Source: Candidatus Brocadiia bacterium (GTDB lineage Bacteria; Planctomycetota; Brocadiia; CAIUPP01). From it: a stretch of 64,000 nt of DNA. The notes beneath the pieces are model-generated. The model saw only the letters and a program-made list of their open reading frames with translations. It searched no databases and was not told where the DNA came from. The position numbers and the translations under genes were made by a program. The DNA is taken from contig JBEKCB010000022.1 in NCBI GenBank assembly GCA_050015075.1, forward strand, positions 1 to 64,000. The letters run 5' to 3'. Of the stretch, positions 55,191 through 64,000 are shown one piece after another. The stretch's first letter is position 1. Each line of letters starts with the position of its first letter.

Positions 55191-56117
55191 TCACTTCCCG
55201 TATACCGGCGTACACCACGCGGCGTATTTCGGCAGTTCCGCGCGCGCGGCCTTTATGAAGATGCCCTGAAGCTCCTTCGTAATCGGTCCGGGCCGGCCGT
55301 CGCCGACCTTGCGCCGGTCCACCTCGACCAGAGGAGCGATCTCCGCGCCGGTGCCGCAAAGGAACGCTTCATCGGCGGTGTAGAGTTCCGTGCGGCTGAC
55401 GCGGCGCTCGACCACCTCGCGGCCCATCTCGTTCCGGACGAGCTCGCTGATCACGCGCCGCGTGATGCCCTCCAGGTTGTCCTCCTGCGTGCTCGGCGTC
55501 ACGAGCGCGCCGCCGCGCACGATGAAGACGTGCTCCGCGCTCGCCTCGGAAACGTATCCGTCCTGCGTCAGAAGAATCGCCTCGTCATAACCGTTCATCT
55601 TCGCCTCATCGCGCGCCAGGGCGCTGTTGAGATAGGCGCCGGTGGGCTTCGCGCGCGCCGGGATCATGTTCTCCGAGACGCGCCGCCAGCTCGAGACGCA
55701 CGCCGTCACGCCCTTCGACGGGTCCAGGTAGTCCCGCAGCGGCAGCGTGTACATGGCGAATTCGATGCCGTCGGCCGTCAGCGTGGGCGAAAGCAGTTCG
55801 GAGCTGCTGAAGACGATGGGCCGGATATACACGTCCTCGCGATGCTCGTTCCGGCGCAGGAGCTCAATCGTGATCGCCAGAAGCTGCTCGACCGTCAAGG
55901 GCAGCGCCAGGCGGACGATCTTGCACGAATTGTGGAGCCGCTCGTAATGGTCGCGGGCGCGGAAGATATGGAGCTGGCTCGCGCGCGCATTCCAATACGC
56001 GCGGACGCCCTCGAAACAGCCGATGCCGTAGTTGAGCGCCTTGCAGCGGATGCTGACTTTGGCCTCGTCGAAACTGCGGTAATCACCTTTGAAGTATGCG
56101 AACTTCGGTTCTGGCAT
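55191..56117 (-). CDS. ilvE: Branched-chain amino acid aminotransferase
   Basis: LNYGIGCFEGVRAY, YIRP, AKPTGAYLNS, GYDEAI, LEGITR, ADEAFLCGTGAE. Confidence 0.92.
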   Translation of the reverse strand: MPEPKFAYFKGDYRSFDEAKVSIRCKALNYGIGCFEGVRAYWNARASQLHIFRARDHYERLHNSCKIVRLALPLTVEQLLAITIELLRRNEHREDVYIRPIVFSSSELLSPTLTADGIEFAMYTLPLRDYLDPSKGVTACVSSWRRVSENMIPARAKPTGAYLNSALARDEAKMNGYDEAILLTQDGYVSEASAEHVFIVRGGALVTPSTQEDNLEGITRRVISELVRNEMGREVVERRVSRTELYTADEAFLCGTGAEIAPLVEVDRRKVGDGRPGPITKELQGIFIKAARAELPKYAAWCTPVYGK

Positions 56118-56174
56118 GCATCACACTCCTGGGAACAACCCGGAAAAGGCCGCCACGGCGGTCAAAGCCCCTTC

Positions 56175-56291
56175 AGTATAGCTACTTGGCGCGCCGGGTC
56201 AAGTGCCGCAAGAAAGAAGATGCGCGCAGCCGTGAAACGGAGGCGATGCGGGAATGCGGTCTTGACTTGTCTTGCGACACACACCTATAAT
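56175..56291. promoter_or_regulatory. Divergent sigma70-type promoters for ilvE and the pilus operon
   Basis: Minus strand TTGACC-N16-TATACT (56202-56175); plus strand TTGACT-N18-TATAAT (56262-56291). Confidence 0.6.
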
Positions 56292-56406
56292 TGCGATGGA
56301 TAAAAGCTGCCGCAGTTGTCCCGATTCACGGGATAGCGGCGGATTGGCCGAGGTGGGGAGCGTTTGTGACTTTTCCGGCGGTTGCAGGAAAGCACAGGAG
56401 CGCAAG

Positions 56407-58137
56407 ATGGGTGAGAAAAAACAGAGAAGTATCGGCCAAATCCTGATCGAAAAAGGGATCGTGACGGAGGAGCAGATCGCCCAGGCGCTGGAGATGCAGC
56501 GCGCGAACCCCAAGATCAGGCTCGGCGAGGCGCTCGTCCAGATGCAGGCGGCCAACTGGGACCAGGTGTACGAGGCGCTGGCCGAACTGCTCGGATACCG
56601 CTTCGTGGATCTGCGCGCCACCCGTATCCCCGCCGAGGCGATCGAGGCCATGCCGAGGCCCATCGCCCGAAAGCACAACCTGGTCCCCGTCGGCGAGGAA
56701 GACGGCGTGCTCATCGTGGCCATCACCGATCCCTTCGACCTTTACGCGATGGACAGCCTGCGCTTCTACCTCAACCGCGAGGTCCGCTGCGTCCTCGCCG
56801 CGCCCGACGCGGTCGAAGAAGCCATCAGCAAGTATTACGGCATCGAGGAATCCACCGTGGACAACATGCTCGCGGAGTTCACGGAGAGCGACCTGGGCAT
56901 CCAGGCCGCCGTCGAGGCCACGGAGGACGACGGCGAGGATTCCGCCATGATCCGCCTGGTGACGCTGCTCATCAGCGAGGCGGTGAAGATGCGCGCGAGC
57001 GACATCCACATCGAGCCGATGAAGACCAAACTGCGCGTGCGGTACCGCGTGGACGGCAACTGCCAGGAAATGGATTCCCCGCCGAAGAAACTGCAAGGTC
57101 CGATCATCTCGCGCGTGAAGATCCTGGCGGGGATTGATATCGCCGAGAAGCGGCGGCCGACCGATGGACGCATCAGCATGCGCGTCGCCGGGCAGTCGTT
57201 CGATATCCGCGTGAGTTGCCTGCCCGCCACGCACGGCGAGTCGGTCGTCATGCGCCTGCTCATGAAGGAATCAGTGCTGATCAACCTGCAGGAACTGGGC
57301 TTCCACGAGAGCGACTACCGGCGGTTCGAGAGCATCATCAAGCGCCCCAACGGCATCTTCCTCGTCACGGGCCCCACCGGCAGCGGCAAGACCACCACGC
57401 TCTACGCCGCGCTCCACGAGCTGAACCGCCCCGACAAGAAAATCATCACCGCCGAAAACCCCGTCGAGTACAACCTCTCCGGCGTCAACCAGTGCGAGGT
57501 CCGCGAGCGCATCGGGCTGACCTTCATGGCGATCCTCCGCTCGATGCTGCGCCAGGCCCCCAACATCATTCTCATCGGCGAAATCCGCGACGCCGAAACC
57601 GCCGAGATCGCCGTCCAGGCCGCCCTCACAGGCCACCTGGTCTTCAGCACGCTGCACACCAACGACGCCCCGTCGGCCATCACGCGCCTGATTGATATGG
57701 GCGTCAAGCCGTTCCTCATCGCCTCGAGCGTACAGGCCATCCTGGCCCAGCGCCTCGTCCGCCGCATCTGCAGCGGCTGTAAGGAGCCGTTCCGGTACGA
57801 CCGCAAGAGCCTGATGTCCATCGGGCTGAAACCCGAAGAGGTGAAGAACGTCACCTTCTACCACGGCGCCGGTTGCCAGCGCTGCCGGAGCACCGGCTAC
57901 CGGGGCCGGACGGCGCTCTTCGAATTGATGGAGCTGGACAATACGCTGCGCGACATGACGTTCCGGCGCGAGCCGCTGGCCGAACTGCGCAAGCACGCGC
58001 ACGCGGCCGGCATGGTCACACTGCGCGAGGACGGCGTCCGCAAGGTGCTCGCCGGCGCCACGACCATCGCCGAGGTGCTCGAAGTCACCGCCAAGGACAC
58101 CGAGATCGCCGAAGCCGAGGCCGCGGCCGGGGCCTGA
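56407..58137 (+). CDS. PilB/GspE family assembly ATPase (paralog 1)
   Basis: MshEN-like IGQILIEKG/RLGEALV, ASDIHIEP, GPTGSGKTTTLY, GEIRD, GHLVFSTLHTND, CxxC..CxxC. Confidence 0.93.
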   Translation: MGEKKQRSIGQILIEKGIVTEEQIAQALEMQRANPKIRLGEALVQMQAANWDQVYEALAELLGYRFVDLRATRIPAEAIEAMPRPIARKHNLVPVGEEDGVLIVAITDPFDLYAMDSLRFYLNREVRCVLAAPDAVEEAISKYYGIEESTVDNMLAEFTESDLGIQAAVEATEDDGEDSAMIRLVTLLISEAVKMRASDIHIEPMKTKLRVRYRVDGNCQEMDSPPKKLQGPIISRVKILAGIDIAEKRRPTDGRISMRVAGQSFDIRVSCLPATHGESVVMRLLMKESVLINLQELGFHESDYRRFESIIKRPNGIFLVTGPTGSGKTTTLYAALHELNRPDKKIITAENPVEYNLSGVNQCEVRERIGLTFMAILRSMLRQAPNIILIGEIRDAETAEIAVQAALTGHLVFSTLHTNDAPSAITRLIDMGVKPFLIASSVQAILAQRLVRRICSGCKEPFRYDRKSLMSIGLKPEEVKNVTFYHGAGCQRCRSTGYRGRTALFELMELDNTLRDMTFRREPLAELRKHAHAAGMVTLREDGVRKVLAGATTIAEVLEVTAKDTEIAEAEAAAGA

Positions 58138-58164
58138 TCGCCGAGTCAAGGAGAAAGACGAGAG

Positions 58165-59358
58165 ATGCAGATCAACAAGCTGCTGCAGACGGTGGTGAGT
58201 CAGAACGCGTCGGACCTGATCCTGACCGTGGCCGCCAAGCCCATGCTGCGGCTCAACGGCCGCCTCGTGGCGCTCCAGACGAAGGTCCTCGAACCGGACG
58301 ATACCGTCGCACTGATGAGGAGCATCACCTCCGAGCGGTGCCAGCAGGAACTGCAGGAGGTCGGCTCCACGGACTTCGGTTTCTCCTACGGCGAGCAGGC
58401 CCGTTTCCGCGTCGCCGTCTTCAAGCAGCGCGGTTACACCGGCATCGTCCTCCGGCTGATCCCGAACAAGCTCCTGTCCTTTTCCGAGATCGGCCTGAGC
58501 GACGACATCCAGCGGCTGCTCTGGCGCCCGCGCGGGCTGGTCCTCGTCACCGGGCCCACCGGCTCGGGCAAGACGACCACGCTCGCGACGATGATTGATT
58601 ACATCAACATGAACCGCGACACGCACATCATCACCGTCGAGGACCCGATCGAATACTTCCATAGCCACAAGCGCTCCGTGGTGACGCAGCGCGAACTGGG
58701 CGTGGACGTGCCCTCCTTCGCGGAAGGCCTCCGGCGCGCCCTGCGGCAGAACCCCGACGTGATCCTCGTCGGCGAAATGCGCGACCTCGAGACGATGGAG
58801 ACCGCCATCAGCGCCGCCGAGACCGGGCACCTGGTCTTCGCCACGCTGCACACCAACTCGGCCGAGACCACGATCAACCGCATCGTGGACGCCTTCCCGC
58901 CGCAGCAGCAGGAGCAGGTGCGCGTCCAGCTCTCCAGCAACCTGATCGCGGTCATCTGCCAGGCGCTCATCCCGGACGTCACCGGCCACAAGCGCGTCGC
59001 CGCGTTCGAGATCATGATGCGCACCGACGCAATCAGCAACCTCATCCGCCAGCAGAAGGTCTACCAGATCCAGTCCGAAATCCAGACCGGCATGAAGCAC
59101 GGCATGATCCTGCTCGACGACTCGCTCGCCAAACTCTTCCATGCCGGGCGCATCAGCCGTGAAGAGGCGATGAACCGATGCCGCAACATCGAGGAAATGG
59201 CGCAAAAGCTCGCGGCGCCGCCGCGGGTAGGGCCTGGCGACGTGGCCGAAGCCGGTTCGGCCGCCGCAGCGCCCAAGGCCGGCAGGCCGCAAGTCATGAT
59301 CGGGCCCGCCGCAGCGGCGGCGGCAGCGGCCGCGAAGAGGTCGCCCGAGAAGAAATAG
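58165..59358 (+). CDS. pilT: Type IV pilus retraction ATPase
   Basis: GLVLVTGPTGSGKTTTLA, TVEDPIEY, ALRQNPDVILVGEMRD, AISNLIRQ. Confidence 0.92.
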   Translation: MQINKLLQTVVSQNASDLILTVAAKPMLRLNGRLVALQTKVLEPDDTVALMRSITSERCQQELQEVGSTDFGFSYGEQARFRVAVFKQRGYTGIVLRLIPNKLLSFSEIGLSDDIQRLLWRPRGLVLVTGPTGSGKTTTLATMIDYINMNRDTHIITVEDPIEYFHSHKRSVVTQRELGVDVPSFAEGLRRALRQNPDVILVGEMRDLETMETAISAAETGHLVFATLHTNSAETTINRIVDAFPPQQQEQVRVQLSSNLIAVICQALIPDVTGHKRVAAFEIMMRTDAISNLIRQQKVYQIQSEIQTGMKHGMILLDDSLAKLFHAGRISREEAMNRCRNIEEMAQKLAAPPRVGPGDVAEAGSAAAAPKAGRPQVMIGPAAAAAAAAAKRSPEKK

Positions 59359-59411
59359 TTGCGATGTCCCGTCCCGCGCGATGACAACCTGACTGAGAGG
59401 CGATGCGACTC

Positions 59412-61241
59412 ATGGCTGACGAACGGAAACAAACGCCGATGGATGCCGGCGGCGAACCCGCGCAGCGCCCGCCGTCCCCGCCCGCCGCGCCGCCCATCGG
59501 ACCGGGTGAAATTCCCGAGGCGCCCGAGGTCGGCGGCCGCAAGCTCATCGGCCAGATCCTCAAGGAGATGCGCCTCGTCACCGAGGCCCAGATCCAGGAA
59601 GCGCTCGCCACCCAGAAGCAGAGCGGCGGCGCCATCGGCGGCATCCTGATCAGCCTGAACTACGTGACCGAGCAGGAAGTGCTCACCGCCCTCGGCATCC
59701 AGGCCGGGATGGAGGTCGTGGACCTTGACGTGCTGGAAATCCCCGACGACGTGATCGCCCGCGTCTCGCCCTCGATCGCCTCGGTCTATCGCGTGGTCCC
59801 CACCAAGTTCGAGAACAACATCCTGACCGTGGCGATGGCCGACCCGCTCAACGTGAAGACGCTCGACGATCTGCGGTTCCTCCTCGACTGCGAGACCCAC
59901 GGAGCGGTGAGCAACGAGCCGTCCGTGGCGCGCGCGCTCGACCGCTACTACTCCGGAATCCAGGAGTCGGTCGAGAGCCTCCTCGCCGAGCTCGATGACG
60001 GCACCATGGCCAAGGCGATGCACAACACGAGCGAATCCATTGACCTGCAGACCCTCGAGGAGATGGCCGACGCCGCGCCCGTGCGGAAGCTGCTCAACTA
60101 CGTGCTCCTCGTCGCCATCCGCGACAAGGCCTCCGACATCCACTTCGAGCCGTTCGAGGACGAGTTCAAGATCCGCTACCGCATTGACGGGGTGCTCTAC
60201 GAGATGGTGCCGCCGCCGAAGCAACTGGCCATCGCGATCGCCTCGCGAATCAAGGTCATGTCCGAGCTCGACATCGCCGAGCGCCGCCTGCCTCAGGACG
60301 GCCGCATGGAGCTCAACATCAGCGGCAACCCGATCGAGCTGCGCATCGCCATCCTGCCGACGATGTTCGGCGAGAGCTGCGTCATGCGCGTGCTCGACCG
60401 CACCGTCGTCCAGCTCGACATCCAGAAACTCGGCCTGCGCGATGACGAGTTGCAGATCTTCGACGACCTCCTCAAGCTGCCCAACGGCATCATCCTCGTG
60501 ACCGGCCCCACCGGCGCCGGCAAGACCACCACGCTCTACGCCGCCCTCAACACCGTCAACACGATTGACGTGAAGATCATCACCACCGAGGACCCCGTCG
60601 AGTACGAGATTGACGGCATCATCCAGGTGCAGGTGAACCCGGACATCGGCGTCACCTTCGCCCACTGCCTGCGCAGCATCCTGCGGCAGGACCCCGACAA
60701 GATCCTCGTCGGCGAAATCCGCGACGTGGAGACCGCCCAGATCGCCATCCAGTCCTCGCTCACCGGCCACGTGGTCTTCAGCACGGTTCACACCAACGAC
60801 GCGCCGAGCACCGTCACGCGCCTGATTGATATGGGCCTCGAACCCTACATGATCACCGCCACGCTCGAAGCGGTGGTCGCCCAGCGCCTGGTGCGGCGCA
60901 TCTGCGCGCGCTGCCGCAAGGACTTCACGCCCACCGAAGACATGCTCATGGAGCTGAACCTGCGCCCCGCCGACGTCCGCGGCAAACGGTTCGCCTACGG
61001 CCCCGGCTGCGACTACTGCAACAACACCGGGTTCAAGGGACGCATGGCGATTTTCGAGATCTTCGTCATGGACGACGACATCCGCGAGATCATTATGAAC
61101 CAGGGCTCCACGCAGGCCCTCCGCGAAGCCGCCATGCGCAAGGGCATGCGCACCCTGCGCGACAGCGGACTGCTCGCAATTTACGATGGTGAGACGACCA
61201 TTGAAGAGGTCGTCCGCGAAACGATCCTCTCAGAGGTGTAA
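59412..61241 (+). CDS. pilB: PilB/GspE family assembly ATPase (paralog 2)
   Basis: LIGQILKE, AMADP, ASDIHFEP, LDIAERRLPQDGR, GPTGAGKTTTLY, LRQDPD. Confidence 0.9.
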   Translation: MADERKQTPMDAGGEPAQRPPSPPAAPPIGPGEIPEAPEVGGRKLIGQILKEMRLVTEAQIQEALATQKQSGGAIGGILISLNYVTEQEVLTALGIQAGMEVVDLDVLEIPDDVIARVSPSIASVYRVVPTKFENNILTVAMADPLNVKTLDDLRFLLDCETHGAVSNEPSVARALDRYYSGIQESVESLLAELDDGTMAKAMHNTSESIDLQTLEEMADAAPVRKLLNYVLLVAIRDKASDIHFEPFEDEFKIRYRIDGVLYEMVPPPKQLAIAIASRIKVMSELDIAERRLPQDGRMELNISGNPIELRIAILPTMFGESCVMRVLDRTVVQLDIQKLGLRDDELQIFDDLLKLPNGIILVTGPTGAGKTTTLYAALNTVNTIDVKIITTEDPVEYEIDGIIQVQVNPDIGVTFAHCLRSILRQDPDKILVGEIRDVETAQIAIQSSLTGHVVFSTVHTNDAPSTVTRLIDMGLEPYMITATLEAVVAQRLVRRICARCRKDFTPTEDMLMELNLRPADVRGKRFAYGPGCDYCNNTGFKGRMAIFEIFVMDDDIREIIMNQGSTQALREAAMRKGMRTLRDSGLLAIYDGETTIEEVVRETILSEV

Positions 61242-61253
61242 AGGAGGTCAACC

Positions 61254-62492
61254 ATGCCGACCTTTCGATTCGAGGCCATGAACTCGCAGGGCCAGACGAT
61301 CAAGAACGAGGTGGACGCCACATCCGAGGAAGAGGCGATTCAGAAGATCCGCGCGCAGAAGCTCTTCCCCACCAGCGTCAAGGCCAAGGTCGGCCGGCGC
61401 GGCCTGACGACCGGCGCGGGCAGAAAACGCAAGAAGAGCTTCGCCATCGGCGGCGTGAGCGCCAAGCAGCTCACGCTCTTCACCCGCCAGCTCTCCACGC
61501 TGCAGGACGCCGGACTTCCCATCGTCCGCAGCCTCAAAATCCTCGAGGGCCAGCTCAAGCCCGGCGTGTTGAAGAACACGCTCATCACCGTGACCGACGA
61601 CGTCGAAGGCGGCATGACCTTCAGTGAGGCCCTCGCCAAGCACCCCAAGGCGTTCGACAAGCTCTACACCAACATGGTCCGCGCCGGCGAGGTCGGCGGC
61701 GTCCTCGACGAAATTCTCCAGCGCCTCGCCGACTTCCGCGAGAAGGCCCGCCGCCTCAAGAAGCAGATCGTCGGCGCGATGGTTTACCCGATCGCCGTCA
61801 TCACCGTCGCCGGCGGCATCCTCTGGGGCATCATGACCTTCATCGTCCCCAAGTTCAAACAAATCTTCGTCGAGCTCGATGTCCAGTTGCCCACGATGAC
61901 GCTGATGCTCATCTCGTTCTCCGACTTCATCAAGAACAGTTGGTACTGGATCCCGACCGGCATCATCGGCTTCATCCTCCTCGTCAAGGGCGTCGGCGCC
62001 ACCAACCTGGGGCGCTACATCCTGGACAAGATCAAGCTGCGCATACCCTTGTTCGGCAGCATCCTCAACAAGGCCGTGATCGCGCGCTTCACCCGCACGC
62101 TCGGCACCCTCGTCGCCTCCGGCGTGCCCATCCTCGAAGCGCTGAACATCACCAAGGACACCGCCGGAAACATGGTCATCTCCAGGGCCATCGGCCACGT
62201 GCATGACAGCATTCGTGAGGGCGAAAGCATCGCCGAGCCGCTCGCCCAGAGCAAGATCTGCGACGACATGGTGGTCAACATGGTGGACGTCGGCGAGGAG
62301 ACCGGCGACCTCGACAAGATGCTTCTGAAGATCGCCGACCAGTATGACGAAGACGTGGACCTGGCCGTCGCCGGCCTGGCGCACTTGATCGAGCCGATCA
62401 TGATCGTCGTCCTCGGCGGCTGCGTCGGCTTCATTGTGATCTCGCTGTTCCTGCCCTTGATCAAGCTCATGAACAGCTTGGGCGGATCGTAA
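61254..62492 (+). CDS. pilC: Type IV pilus/T2SS platform protein (PilC/GspF)
   Basis: FTRQLSTLQDAGLPI, AGEVGG.L, AMVYP, GEETGDLD.ML, IEP. Confidence 0.93.
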   Translation: MPTFRFEAMNSQGQTIKNEVDATSEEEAIQKIRAQKLFPTSVKAKVGRRGLTTGAGRKRKKSFAIGGVSAKQLTLFTRQLSTLQDAGLPIVRSLKILEGQLKPGVLKNTLITVTDDVEGGMTFSEALAKHPKAFDKLYTNMVRAGEVGGVLDEILQRLADFREKARRLKKQIVGAMVYPIAVITVAGGILWGIMTFIVPKFKQIFVELDVQLPTMTLMLISFSDFIKNSWYWIPTGIIGFILLVKGVGATNLGRYILDKIKLRIPLFGSILNKAVIARFTRTLGTLVASGVPILEALNITKDTAGNMVISRAIGHVHDSIREGESIAEPLAQSKICDDMVVNMVDVGEETGDLDKMLLKIADQYDEDVDLAVAGLAHLIEPIMIVVLGGCVGFIVISLFLPLIKLMNSLGGS

Positions 62493-62494
62493 GC

Positions 62495-62668
62495 GAGTGC
62501 GGAGTGCGGAGTGTTGAGTGCGGAGTTCGCGAGCGGATGAGCGGATTGCCGCGGTCGTCTGATTACTGCTCACAAAGCCAGGAGGCGCTACCCGTGCCAA
62601 GCCAAAGAAATGGTTATTCTGTACTCCGCACTCTATACTCCGCACTCCGCACTCCGCGCTCCGCACTC
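62495..62668. repeat. 7-nt-period GAGTGCG/CGCACTC palindrome enclosing the prepilin RBS and start
   Basis: Left arm 62495-62526 pairs with right arm 62623-62654 (32 bp, 1 G-U pair, 1 mismatch); extra heptamers extend to 62668. Confidence 0.88.
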
Positions 62669-63898
62669 TGCGCTCGCGCGTTCACGCTCGTCGAGATGCT
62701 GACGGTCATCGCCATCATCGGCATCCTTGCCGCAATCCTCATCACCGCCGTGCCGACCGTCATGCGGAACGCGCGCATCGCCACCGCCAAAGCCGACATC
62801 AGTCATCTCTACCAGGCGGCGACGTCCTACCAGTTGGACTTCGGCGCCTTCCCGCCGGACTGCACCGCCTTCTGGACGAACGGACAAGTGCAGCAACCGG
62901 ACTGCCCGTTCCCCGGAGTTTGGAACAACCAGTCCGCCCCGTACAACGCCTCGCTCAGCCCGAACGAGTTGCTGATGTGGTACTTGACGATGCAGTACAG
63001 CACCGGGCAGCTTAACCCCGTTACGAACAGTTATCCGGCCTCGGGTTACCCGGCCGGTTACCCGGCCGACCCAACCCTGCAGGGAAACTGGCCGGGTAGC
63101 CCTTCCAGCCCTTCCGCCGCCACCGTTGTGTTCTCGCACGGCGTCAACGCCGGCCCCTACTACGACATGAAGGCGAAGCAGAAAACCGATGTCAACGCGA
63201 ACGGCTTCTGGGAGTTCATGGATCCGTGGGGCCGGCCGTACATGTACCGCGCCTATCCGCAGTTTGCCCAGGTCATAGGCGCCACCCCGCCTCCGAATTC
63301 GGCCCCCTACACGGTCATCCTGACGCTTGGCAACCTTGCTGGTCCCAGCCCTTACGGGCCCGAGGTCGGCACCGTTTGCAACACCTACACCTACTACGGC
63401 GGCTACAACTTTTACGCGAACTCGCCCCTGGCCGGCACGACCGGTTCCATCCAGCTCACCGGTTTCAGCAATCCCCTCTACAACGGCACCTTCGCGTTCC
63501 AGGGCGTGCCATACAATCAGGGCACGAACCCGAACAATAATCAGGTCGTTTTGACGTTCGCGGCGAATCCGGGGCCCGCCGGCACGCCCGGCTACTACAG
63601 CTTCCCGCTCCACAACAAGCAGACCTGCGACATCTATAGTCTGGGTCCCTACGGACTCACCCGCGCCGCTTCTTCAATGCCGAATGCCAATAACGCGCCC
63701 CAGGAGTGGAAGCCCACACACGGCGGCACTTCGGTCGCGGCCGACATGGCCCTCAAGAACTCGTCGCTCGACGCCACTTCGCTGGACGCATGGGCCCAGG
63801 TCTGGGGCACGCCCGGCGACGGAAACGATATTAACGTGACCAGCGGCAACATCATCGTCAACGTCCAGTACCAGGACAATATCTGTAACTGGAATTGA
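62594..63898 (+). CDS. Large prepilin/pseudopilin (type IV N-terminal methylation motif)
   Basis: RAFTLVEMLTVIAIIGILAAIL, DPWGRPYMY, HN...DIYSLGP; GTG start 8 nt after GGAGG. Confidence 0.88.
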   Translation: MPSQRNGYSVLRTLYSALRTPRSALCARAFTLVEMLTVIAIIGILAAILITAVPTVMRNARIATAKADISHLYQAATSYQLDFGAFPPDCTAFWTNGQVQQPDCPFPGVWNNQSAPYNASLSPNELLMWYLTMQYSTGQLNPVTNSYPASGYPAGYPADPTLQGNWPGSPSSPSAATVVFSHGVNAGPYYDMKAKQKTDVNANGFWEFMDPWGRPYMYRAYPQFAQVIGATPPPNSAPYTVILTLGNLAGPSPYGPEVGTVCNTYTYYGGYNFYANSPLAGTTGSIQLTGFSNPLYNGTFAFQGVPYNQGTNPNNNQVVLTFAANPGPAGTPGYYSFPLHNKQTCDIYSLGPYGLTRAASSMPNANNAPQEWKPTHGGTSVAADMALKNSSLDATSLDAWAQVWGTPGDGNDINVTSGNIIVNVQYQDNICNWN

Positions 63899-63941
63899 AG
63901 CGGCGCCTGAGTCCCGGAACGCCGCCAAGGAAAGCCCGCAC

Positions 63942-64000
63942 ATGAGCAACCCGATCGCGCGATCCCGCCTTGCCCCGCAGCGCGCGCGCGCCATGACGCT
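63942..64000 (+). CDS. Probable prepilin, 5' fragment running off the window
   Basis: AAGGA RBS, MSNPIARSRLAPQRARAMTL resembles a basic leader plus cleavage site. Confidence 0.55.
   Translation, partial: MSNPIARSRLAPQRARAMT

Noticed and set aside
56125-56172. Possible riboswitch or T-box upstream of ilvE
   Set aside because: The leader is only about 50 nt with one small hairpin (CCGCCGTGGCGG) and no recognisable aptamer
59300-59335. GCG/GCA repeat run near the pilT end as a mobile repeat
   Set aside because: Encodes a poly-Ala low-complexity tail and has no inverted partner

Overview
High-GC bacterial chromosomal segment. Gene content and order (pilB-pilT-pilB-pilC-prepilins, GxxExxY, DUF2851, GH57 pair) suggest a Planctomycetota-like organism (inference). 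It holds housekeeping genes (partial nusA, purD, purH-like, nadE, nfo, purB, thiE, pgsA, hisA, galK, trpD, ilvE), an LPS/surface-glycan cluster, a glycogen cluster (GH57-glgA-GH57), a sensor kinase, a uxaE-containing sugar catabolism operon, a toxin-antitoxin pair with a frameshifted toxin, and the start of a type IV pilus/T2SS operon. No rRNA, tRNA, CRISPR array, transposase or integrase was recognised. The main unexplained signal is about ten intergenic palindromes whose arms are built of 6-9 nt tandem units. They belong to several families and some are nested. One pair brackets a GxxExxY nuclease-fold gene with a 32-bp stem whose four mismatches are all G-U wobbles, and another encloses the RBS and start codon of a prepilin. 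Other oddities: an LptB fused to a pilin-like head domain, two in-frame REP-like palindromes inside a DUF2851 gene, and an ABC ATPase whose 5' end appears to have been replaced by an insertion at its Walker A motif. All family assignments come from motif recognition by eye; no database searches were run.
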